Part shown: in pieces, positions 1-10,471 of the stretch
How the letters are laid out: the number at the start of each line of letters is the position of its first letter
How positions within the stretch are numbered: position 1 is the stretch's first letter
Assembly: GCF_041956535.1 (NCBI RefSeq)
Contig: NW_027192225.1
Location: 2,890-66,889, forward strand
Reading direction: 5' to 3'
From: Calcarisporiella thermophila CBS 279.70
Lineage: Eukaryota > Fungi > Calcarisporiellomycota
Length of the DNA: 64,000 nucleotides
The notes under the pieces: model-generated
Database searches by the model: none
The model's input: only the letters and a program-made list of their open reading frames with translations
Told to the model about the DNA's origin: nothing
Position numbers and translations under genes: made by a program

Positions 1-17
1 AACCCTCCCCCAATCGA

Positions 18-820
18 GAGGTCACTCACCAGGTTTAACAGAGTAGGATACTTTTCAATAATAGTTTAATTTGTTGAAAAAAAAACCTTAGTGGTAAGTG
101 CTCCCAGGTGCCATCGAGATGGCACGGGTTCGAACCCCCATCAGCACAAAAAATGTGAATGGACACTCCACTAATTCTGTGTCTTGCTTGTCGTGTCTAT
201 GCTCTCCATTAGTATTACTTCTGTCTTTCCAGTCCGGTTTTCTACAGTCACTCTCTTCGTCCCGTCGCGCCTGGCTCCTCCACTAGTAGTGCCTCTGTCT
301 TGTCGTGTCTGGTCTTCCCATTATTACTGTCTCTCGTTACTGTTCCTTGCTTGCCGTACCTATCGTGTCGAGTTATTCTACTATTACCGTTCCTTAATTG
401 GTCTATACCTTCTGTCAGCAATTTGGCTATGATCCGCACAAAGGCGTACGACCCTTGATTCACCTTCAATGATTAGCTTCATGAGGATACTTTTCAATAA
501 AGATCCGTAGCTTCAAAAAAAAAAGAGGTCATTCACCAGGGGGAGGAGTAGCTTTGGCTATAATCTGTACAAAGGCGTATGACTTTTGATCCATCTTCAC
601 CGATTAACTTCATGAGGTCACTTTCCAATAAAGATCCGTAAAATAATTAAAAAAGAGATCACTCACTACCTATCCAAGCACGGGACTCTTTAAACTTTAA
701 CCTTTGCGTTCTTGTACCTAATCATCTTGTTCAGTAGACTCCCTCGCAAGCAATATAGTTTAAATAAACCACAAGGCACAAGTTCTCGCCTCCATAGAGG
801 AAAAAAAAAGGTCATTCACC
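18..820 (+). mobile_element. Array of 5'-truncated non-LTR retroelement 3' ends with poly(A) tails
   Basis: Units 422-524 and 552-654 are diverged copies ending AATAAA...poly(A). 752-809 matches the 3' end of the LINE at 7251-7305. The motif (G)AGRTCAYTCACY recurs at 18-30, 525-537, 655-667 and 809-820. Confidence 0.7.
86..147 (+). pseudogene. 5'-truncated tRNA-Gly(GCC)-like remnant or tRNA-derived SINE head
   Basis: A-box-like TTAGTGGTA, TGCCAT anticodon-loop-like segment, B box GGTTCGAACCC and 3' CAGCACA. The 5' acceptor strand is replaced by a poly(A) run (77-85) and the anticodon stem does not pair normally. Confidence 0.55.
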
Positions 821-829
821 ATCCATCCA

Positions 830-1680
830 TAGCTCTTCAGTGGCACTGGAAGAGAAAAGAGGAATTCACTTGAACCCGCAGTTGGCAGAGACACTGTTTC
901 AGGAAGTCCCATAAGTTGAAGGAGCATGTATACTTGCGCTTGGGAAATGCGTGCTAGCTAACTCAAAGATCTAACACTTCCGCACTAGAACGCGAAGTCT
1001 ATACAGGTCAAAGCAAGGCGAGAATATCTGAATGGAATGAGACCCTACGCAACTTCATCAAAAGAGAGATAGCGTGGATGTACTGATTGAGGCTAAACCA
1101 ACTGTACCGAAGAATAGAGACCTATTATAGAAGCTTTTAAAGCAAAATTTGGTCACAGCAATAATCTCAGTCAAGCGGACAGGAAAATTCAGTCTAAGTG
1201 ACGCGCAGTCAATTCTCTGGAAACTTTTTCCCTGCCTACTGGAAATGTTTGAACCCGAATCAACTATAGAAAGTAGCGTACAATCTTGCCTATTGGACCC
1301 TTGAAAATTGGCCCAAGTGTCAGCCGGAGAGAACAGATAATTTGAATTAGACTCCAAAACAATAGGTTACCAAAGAAGAGTGGGTCGACAGTTTGTGATA
1401 TGATAATCTGGATCAGTAGATGATCCAGAAGTTCGATTACAATAGATAATGCTCAACCAAGCGAAAGTACACCCAGGGAGCAACTAGAGTATGAACTGCA
1501 GTGAATTCTGAGGTCCAAACTGTGGTCATCATTCACGGAAAATAAGAATGAAAAATTCAATGAGCCTTGGCGTAGAGGAAGATGGATTCGAATACGTGGA
1601 GATATAAAATACTTCCCTCCAAAACATCTAACTTCAACATGGTTATAGTGAACATCTAACACCTATTATAATATCTTAAC
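830..1680 (+). pseudogene. Degenerate LINE ORF2 C-terminal fragment
   Basis: Broken-frame peptides CDMIIWISR and LWSSFTENKNEKFNEPWRRGRWIRI resemble HDIMVWSIHKTR and QWIQAQRKKDEEGFKQKWGKSSLIRI of the 7399-8523 ORF; stop codons present. Confidence 0.45.
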
Positions 1681-3458
1681 CTGGATTCAAGGGCTTAAGT
1701 TTTATACTACTTTTTTTTATTCTGTCGAATCTTTGTTGCCCACAGGTAGTTTAACAGTTCTGGCTCAAGTTTCTAGATCAAGATTCAAGAGTCAAGGATG
1801 CAAGAATAAACTAGAATATTATTCAAGAATCAAGACTAGTCCAAGATTAAACTAGATAATGAGAAATCAAGAAAAAAATCAAGAAAACTAAGATTGTATT
1901 TCAAGAAACACGAATAAACGGCGTATTTATACTTGTTATGAATTGATAGAGTGTTGTAGAAAATTATGAACGACCAAACTTTCCAGAAAAATCCTGATCA
2001 ACTCTCGTTTCATTACAGGTAGCTTCTCCTTCCAGAATACTATACCACACCCTTTTCTTTCTATTTGAGTTAAATATCTTAATGTGCACCATATCACCTT
2101 GTTCACCTATACCACTTTAGCCTATAAGTTTCTTCTCCTATCTTTTTTCTTCTTAATAGCTAATGTACTCTATTAAGTATCTTATCTGAAATAAAGAATC
2201 AATAAAGATTCCAATAAAGGTGGTCGAAAGGTCATCCGTAAACGATACTGGGGGAGATCCGGCTTAACCTGAAGCGATCACAAAGAAATTTGACTACGAA
2301 CCACAGCGGAGAGCAAGATCCAAGTGGTGGAGGGCAATAAAGAATAACTGGAGAGAGGATTTAATCGACGTATGGACAGAGGGTTATTGATTTAATACGA
2401 TAGACGAAACTGTGTTCTTTATCCGGAATGTCTCTAAACAGCAAACCGTTGTCCCAACATAATACAATTTCTCTTGAGCGTAAATCTAAATATTCTAGCC
2501 TCTGATTATGATTATTCACTTTATACTCCCTTCACCTATCTTACTTTTTCACTTCTCTCAAAACATTTTTTATTCACTCTCAATTTTTTGTAATTCGTCC
2601 TCGATTAATTTTTCATCATAACGTCATAACATCATAACGTAATCACTCACTCTCTTTACTTGTTTACTTATTTTTAGTATGGCTTTTTTATTCAATTATC
2701 CAACTGCCTCTCTTTATGCATGATATATAACATAAGGTGCAAAGAGCAAAACGTATGCGATTTTTTGAGTAAAATACTACTCTAAACTATGACCTTCATG
2801 GAGTCATCTCGAATAAAAGTTCCCAAGACCCTAATAAATAAAAAATAGAATGATGCCCTAAAGTTTGGTTAAAATACATGACTCTACCATGCCGTTTTTG
2901 AGTGATATAGGGTTTGAGAACCGCGGGGCCGGAAAGTAAAAGCATATGTAAAGCCGACTGATAAACAGTTCATTTCCATATTTCATTGCACTCGCAATAT
3001 CTTCACGCTCTTCCATTCCTTCTTGCAATTTTTCTAATTTATTCTATTTTCCTTTCCGATTATTAATATTTGTGAATAGAGCATCCGTACTATGTTAACC
3101 GTTTCTATTAACATTGATTACTCAAAATGGATGAGAGGAACTTAATAGGTAGAACAAATCATCATAATGCGTCCTTCATTACTCCAAATGTCCTTTTTGT
3201 ATGCTTTCTTTTGCTTCGCAAAACTTGCGCATGTTTTTATAAATTATAGGAGTTGAGATAATGGACTGGAAATAGAAAATGGCATTAAAAATAAATAGTC
3301 TATTGAGATAAATTGTATAAAAATATTTTAAGGGAATGAGAACAAAATAAACAAAATCATCTAAGCTATGGATAATCTCCCAATGACGCAAAGTAAAAAG
3401 AACCAAAATGCTCGAAAATCTTACATTTATTTAGAGGCCATTGCAGGAAAGCAGAAAT

Positions 3459-4801
3459 TCAAGACTCCAGAACACCAAGATCCTGCGTGTTGCACTCGCG
3501 CTCGCCGTCAAGCGATAACCATTTATTCGCCTCAATTTCCTTTGAGCTAAGTCGAATATTAAAGTACTCTCTAAGTATATCAATTCTCTCAGCCTCGGTT
3601 GTTAGCCTTCGCTGCACTATAATCTCGCCCTCTTGTGTAATCTTAAACTTGTCATTGATTAAGCTAATGCGACCTCGTGAGTCATTAATTTGCTTCGTAG
3701 CAATTACATTAGAGTTAAAGAGAGTTGGACCTGGGGTGCAGTAAATAGCGGTTGCCAGTTTAGTGTAGTCGGCATGATAGAGCTCTTCATCGGTAAACAA
3801 ATAAAGTCTTAGCCAATCGCCTAGCCCTTCTCGTGTATAATTCAAAGCCCATGCAAAGCCCTGGTCACTTCGTCCACCGCTTGCTGGAGTTGCTTTGGGG
3901 CGACGGGTCTGCTCTTTGGGTAGAGGCTCAAGGGTCAATTTGAAACTCTCGTTTGTAATGCCAACTCTGAATTCCTATTAGGGTGGAATTGCATAAGCCA
4001 CTGAATTGGTCAATAGCAGCGTTTGATTTTTATTGTGCTTACCTCGTTCAATCGCATTGGTATGGGTGCAGATGGCCCAGATCCTCCAAATCCAACGTCG
4101 ATAAGATACTGTGTTCCTTCAGCGTCAATCCAAAAGATAGTCATATGACAATAGCCATAAACATTGTAGTTCTCCCTTGAGCCCTTAACATCTGTTGTCA
4201 CGCGGCCGCAACCTGTCCAGAGCGGATCAAATTTGAGCCCGCGCAACACTGCGGCAAAAAGAGTGTTGTGCTCAAAACTGTTTAATGTATATGAATTTAC
4301 AATGATATGTCAGTTACAAAGCTACACAAGTAATTCATTCCGAGTTTTACCAAAATCCTCCCAAATTTCGCTCCACCATCTTGTAGAATAAATCCGTGAG
4401 ATTTAAATTCACTCGCAGATCTATCATCGGAGGGTGTCGCTCAATCGGTTGAGATTGGCCATTCCGTGAACTCTCGTATGTATTGGGTAGTTCACGGTCA
4501 AAATACAGGATGCCGATATTACCGAAAGTAATATGACTCACATGCGCGCGCATTAGAATAGTAAGTGTTTCTAAGGTTGGCTGTACGAATTTCTATTAGA
4601 TGCAATGGATGTTTGGAGGATTATATTCGCGCTTACTGGAGGAAGAGGGCCTTCAACTGGAACCGCATTCCCGTTAGAATGCAAGCTGGTTTGCTCTGTT
4701 TTGGGCACTAATTTGCGATTGACAACACAGAGTCCAATATGATCAAAGTACTGGTACAGTTGCTGTGTGTTCAGCGTGGGAATGGGATCGCGAAGGAACA
4801 T
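3459..4801 (-). CDS. NAT: Arylamine N-acetyltransferase (4 exons)
   Basis: Spliced RNLGGFC/FEHN (catalytic Cys codon split by intron 4350-4278), GYCHM (His) and YLIDVGFGG (Asp) give the NAT Cys-His-Asp triad. N-terminus has YFDHIG and HITFGNI. Confidence 0.9.
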
Positions 4802-7250
4802 CGAGAGTTGTGGAAAAATTGGATATGGCGGGCTACAAGGAGGGAGAAGAAGATGTGCTGGGAGGAGGGGTATATATATACGCTAACAAGGTTGCATCCA
4901 AATGTCGCGGCGGGCTCCTTCTCTTGTCCATGAGAGAATCATTGGCTACGATTTGGAGACTGGCCCTTTATCATCATGTTCAGCAGAATTCAAACTAGAG
5001 CGAAAAACCCGCCCGCACACTCCAACCAATCAGCAAGCCCGCAACGATCTTAATATGCTCGAATTAAGCTCTAGTGTTCTCTTGCTAAACCACGCCTATG
5101 AACCCTCGCTCGCATTTGCGGTCTGACCTCTCAAATAGGCTGCATTCAGTTGGGGGATCACAACACTTTCGAGCCAACCATGGACCTATTCCCATGATTA
5201 AAGTTTGCTTTGTCATCGGACTATGATCATGTGTAAAGATTGCTGGAGAATACTTAGAACGTGTCTGAAACATACTTCCGTAGCAATTCACTTTAGTGAT
5301 TTAAATTCGGATGGATCTTTAGAAACTTAATTTTAGTTAGTAACCTCCACTTATCATAAGTGAGCTGATGTCAAAATATCCTAAAAACGGTTATCATATT
5401 GCATAATAATCTTTTCAGTAGTTATTATTGTTGTTGTTGTCGTATTTGTCGAATATGCCAAAGGAAAAGTATTCAACACACTTAAGCCAGAGATGATAGT
5501 TAAAGATAAGGGAGCAAAATTCAAATCTTTTCCAATATAAATTACAAAAAAAAAAATGGAGAAAGGCTATTTTCTAAAGAACCCCTTCTATTATCCTATG
5601 AATCGTCATTAGCTCGGCGGTAAGAGAATACAAGTAAAGAAATTAAGTAAAAGTTGAAGTAATAAAAAGACTAAAGAAGAGGAAAAACAAAAGCAGGAAA
5701 TATAAGAGTGATGTGTAATTATAGAGTAAAGCACGAAAATAAAGAGTTTTACGACTAATTAATACGTCCAGATTGTTATTAAAATAGGATAGATTCTACA
5801 TTAGAATCAGGTAAAGTAGAAATCGAAATAAGTGAAAGCGTTGTATATTTAAAACACAATATCTTTAATATTTATATGAAAAAAAAAAACGGTAGAAAGA
5901 ATAGGAGGAGATGGGGTGTAGTATGTGATAGCTAAAGATATAATACATGACGAAAGTGTAAAATTATTATTCGTTGATATTATCGCTTTTACTTGGTCCT
6001 CAGATTTTAACAGCAAGAATATAATATATATGTATCTTGATTTCAGATTGATAGGACACGTTGGTTCAGCAAGCTACCATTAATTTGTACGGAAAGAAGT
6101 AGGAGAAAACATTTTTTTAGAACAGTACCGAGAACTATAGTTAATATTGTGCTCAATAACTATAAGTGCCAAGTGAAAACAAGTCCATGCAAATGGACGA
6201 AATCGCAACTAGGGGTGAGTGCTAGTGAGGGAAGTGGATTAAAACCTTTGACATTACTTGCGGCATATCTTGGATAGACAATAAAACAATCCCTTACCAA
6301 ACAAAGTTTCTTTGTTAAAATGGTAAGGCAGCTCAAAAATCTACCAGGTGATGCTCCTAGTCTATCTTGAAGGAAAAGGAAGAAGTAAATAGAAAAATGA
6401 AGGGAGAAAATGTAATAAAAAGAGAGGGAGAGGAAATAGAAGTATTACGCAATAGCATTAAGATATGCTATTTACGAACATGAAATAGAAGAATATTGGT
6501 AATCAAAAAAAAAAAAATTAAAGGGAAAGATTTTGATCTACAACGGGCCGGGGTTGGGTGCGTTTCTCAAAATAGAATTGATGAATATATTTAGAGGTTA
6601 CCTGAATAAAGATCACAGTTTCATTTTAAATATTAATCGTTTTCTTTTGTTGGGAGAATCTTTATTAAAAAGTATCCTTTTTCATTCTTAATAAAAAAGG
6701 TTGATAAAAATCAGAAAACAAGAAATCCATGCAAGAATTGAGGAGTACACAGAGATTATGTATACCCTTCCTATTTTTCAAAGAGAGAGGAAAGTAGAAT
6801 TACGAGAAGAAGAAGAAGAAAAAGCAAAAAAATAAAATAAAGGCTGTGATGTGTATTAGATAGGAGATGGAGATGTTAGGACGATAAATCCAGGGAGGGA
6901 GCAAGTATGGGTGGTAGGATATTCGACAGAGTCGTATAGGAGTTATGTGATTTGGGTGAAGAATATTTCGTTTGCTTGGACTTGTATCCAACTTCCTTTA
7001 CATCAAAACTCTTGAAAGTCTTCTTTTTTATCTTTATTGACGCGGACCCCGATGTGGACCTCGGGACTTTTCGCATCTCATGTCCTAGTTCGGCGAGTGC
7101 TACTTCGCTTGGTTAGGTATTGCCCATTATTATCGTTAATCTGGATCGATAGGCGACCCAGATTGCTGTATCATGGACGGTTGACACTACTTCTCGTTTT
7201 TTTAGCTCATGGTTCTGTGGTCTGTTCCAAATAGCTTTAAATACTAATCG

Positions 7251-8718
7251 TTTTTTTTCCTCTAAGGACGCGGGAACTTGCGTCCTGTGGTTTATTTAAT
7301 ATATATTACAAATGTGAGATGTGCTTTCGGACAGGCTTTTTGAGTACTAGAAGAACATGGGATATAGTTTAAAGAGTTCCGTGCTTGGAAATGTCGGATT
7401 AAGTGTTCTTGGCTTCCTCGAAATCGAATGCTACTTCTTGGCTATCATCGATCCGGATTAGCGAGCTTTTTCCCCATTTTTGCTTGAACCCTTCTTCATC
7501 TTTTTTCCTCTGTGCCTGTATCCATTGTCCTCTGATTACTATGATAAGATCTGATAAAAAGATACACTTGAATGCGATGTCCTCGTGTTCTTGGTTGTCC
7601 ATTACAATTGCAATCCTGGTCTTATGTATACTCCACACCATGATGTCGTGTAACAACATGGAAACTTGTCGATCTTTGCCCTGTGTCTCCTCATGGAATC
7701 CGAAGAGTTTCTCGTATTTATGCATGCTTGTCCAGGGCTTATCGAGGATCTTTTGATGGAGCCTGTTAAACCACCTCCACAGATGTCCAATTCTCGCACA
7801 TTCAAAGAAGGCATGTTCTATCGTCTCTATCTCTTCTCGTCGATATCTCTTGCAGTTGGGGCTTGAGTGGTCGAAGTGTTGGGCAATTCTTGCTGTTATT
7901 AACTTATGTTGAAGGAGACGCCATCGAAGGATCTTTTGTTTTGGTTCGCTTGGGCGTCTTGGCCAGCTCTTCCACGCTCCTTCATCTGAGGTAATGTGCG
8001 CCCATTCTCTAGTTACCGCAACTGGATCTGGTGATATCTGGTAAAGTCTGCCGAACTTGATAGAGTAGAGCTTGATATTGACGCCAGCTATTTTCAGGTT
8101 ATGGGTGGGGAATATTCTCGAGTCTGTGAAGGCCGGCATCCTATAGGAGAGCGCTTCCCGAAAATTTGGGGCCAGGGTCAGCTGACCCAGTCGCCACATT
8201 GTACTGAGCTTGATATAATGTTTGTAAAATCCTTCCTGGTGTTTGACGTGGATAAACCTCATCACGTAGTCCAGTAGATCAGGATCGTAGAATGGCCTAT
8301 ATCTATTGATATTTTGATGGTATATGAAGAAGTTACCCAGAACCGAGAGCCCATGTTGTTCTCCACGAGATTGCAGTGGTTTTCCTCTCTCGAGGAAGTA
8401 TTTGTTCCTATTGATCGGTAGGGTCAAGACTTCCATTGGCGTAATTCTTCTGTCGATATCTAGCTGTCTATCCAGCTTCCGCCACGCATGGTATATGCTT
8501 GGCCAGATGCCATCTCTTCTCACCAGCTTCTGTTTGCCGTAGTCGGTTGTGAGTATTCCTAGGCCTAACTGGTTCGGGATGTAGTGTTTCGTAAGAATAT
8601 GGATGGCTAGGTGATACCATGGCGGCGGTGTGCGTTCTCTTTGCGCATTGTGGATTCTTTGGATCCAGGAAGCAAGGATGGCTGTACATTGGTGTTTTGG
8701 GTCAATTATCGTAGTCGG
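7251..8718 (-). mobile_element. 5'-truncated L1/Tx1-like LINE (ORF2 C-terminus with zf-RVT, 3' UTR, poly(A))
   Basis: ORF 7399-8523 has WRLLQHKL and C-K-R-Y...ETIEHAFFEC...W (zf-RVT; second Cys mutated to Tyr). Frameshift near 8523, AATAAA at 7291-7296 and A8 tail at 7251-7258 on the minus strand. Confidence 0.85.
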
Positions 8719-8720
8719 AT

Positions 8721-8912
8721 TTTTTTTTTTTGATCAATCAATGGAAACTTTTATTTAATTTCCATATATTACATGAAGTTAATGTCAATGGACTTAACGA
8801 GATATAGGTCCTTGATCGATAGACTTTCAATCGATATGCGTGTATCGCAGTTGTCGTGTATAGCATGTACGTGAAACCGATGTAATCTTTTGTACTTAAC
8901 GTAAGGGCGGTC
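8721..8912 (-). mobile_element. 3' end of a second poly(A)-tailed element abutting the LINE and running into the gap
   Basis: Minus strand reads ...AATAAAAGTTTCCATTGATTGATC followed by A11 (8721-8731), directly 5' of the truncated LINE. Confidence 0.5.
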
Positions 8913-9695
8913 NNNNNNNNNNNNNNNNNNNNNNNNNNNNNNNNNNNNNNNNNNNNNNNNNNNNNNNNNNNNNNNNNNNNNNNNNNNNNNNNNNNNNNNN
9001 NNNNNNNNNNNNNNNNNNNNNNNNNNNNNNNNNNNNNNNNNNNNNNNNNNNNNNNNNNNNNNNNNNNNNNNNNNNNNNNNNNNNNNNNNNNNNNNNNNNN
9101 NNNNNNNNNNNNNNNNNNNNNNNNNNNNNNNNNNNNNNNNNNNNNNNNNNNNNNNNNNNNNNNNNNNNNNNNNNNNNNNNNNNNNNNNNNNNNNNNNNNN
9201 NNNNNNNNNNNNNNNNNNNNNNNNNNNNNNNNNNNNNNNNNNNNNNNNNNNNNNNNNNNNNNNNNNNNNNNNNNNNNNNNNNNNNNNNNNNNNNNNNNNN
9301 NNNNNNNNNNNNNNNNNNNNNNNNNNNNNNNNNNNNNNNNNNNNNNNNNNNNNNNNNNNNNNNNNNNNNNNNNNNNNNNNNNNNNNNNNNNNNNNNNNNN
9401 NNNNNNNNNNNNNNNNNNNNNNNNNNNNNNNNNNNNNNNNNNNNNNNNNNNNNNNNNNNNNNNNNNNNNNNNNNNNNNNNNNNNNNNNNNNNNNNNNNNN
9501 NNNNNNNNNNNNNNNNNNNNNNNNNNNNNNNNNNNNNNNNNNNNNNNNNNNNNNNNNNNNNNNNNNNNNNNNNNNNNNNNNNNNNNNNNNNNNNNNNNNN
9601 NNNNNNNNNNNNNNNNNNNNNNNNNNNNNNNNNNNNNNNNNNNNNNNNNNNNNNNNNNNNNNNNNNNNNNNNNNNNNNNNNNNNNNNNNNNNNNN
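8913..9695. other. Assembly gap (N run)
   Basis: Continuous Ns. Confidence 1.
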
Positions 9696-9800
9696 ACTAC
9701 ACTAACCCTCCCCCGCCTGTTCCTAATTAATGTCGGAGCTTGAATATCGTTGGGATAGCTTGATATGTGACTCAAGTTATGACAGAAAATGCTTAAAATT

Positions 9801-9873
9801 GCTCACGTGGCGTAATGGATAACGCGTCCGCCTCCTAAGCGGAAGATTCCAGGTTCGAGTCCTGGCTTGGGCG
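9801..9873 (+). tRNA. tRNA-Arg (anticodon CCT)
   Basis: Cloverleaf: acceptor GCTCACG/CTTGGGC (one mismatch), anticodon stem TCCGC/GCGGA with loop CT-CCT-AA, T arm CCAGG-TTCGAGT-CCTGG, followed by a TTTT terminator. Confidence 0.95.
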
Positions 9874-10471
9874 TTTTATAACATTTTGAACTCTTAGCAA
9901 CAGTATAGCAGAGTGAAGACGCGTATTAAAGTAATAGTATAAAAATATTTTTAATGTCACCTATAATCAAAATGTTGACGCATATCACATACATGTATAT
10001 ACAGAATATGGTTGATCTCCATTATTATAAACTAAATATGATATTTTCATAATAATAAAACAAAAGGATAACTACACTATATATAATTTGGAAAAAAAAG
10101 AGCTATCCACAATGTGACTGGAAAAAAATAATATCACAGAAGAAAAGGGGATAGGGAGACAAGAAGAAGAGAGGGTCGGAAAATAGCAGAGCATAAAATA
10201 AAAAATGAAAAAAAAACACATATTGTATAATGTAAACCATATGTATATTGTAACAATATTGGAAGAAGAGTGGGTGGGGTAGTAATGAATAAAAGACATA
10301 TACATCGAACCTCAAGTCATGTTTTTTTTTTTTACACAAAGGCAGTAAGTGGGTCTCTCTCTCTCTGTCCCGAAATATATAGTAATGGATCCCACAAAAA
10401 CAATTCCTATACAAAATTTCCACAGCTATTTATAGATAATGGAGAGCAAGAAAGATAAAAAGATCATTAAA

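Noticed and set aside
18-820. CRISPR-like repeat-spacer array
   Set aside because: Eukaryotic context, irregular 120-500-bp spacing and poly(A) tails; a retro-element origin fits better.
8738-9775. 345-aa ORF
   Set aside because: Artefact of translating through the N gap.
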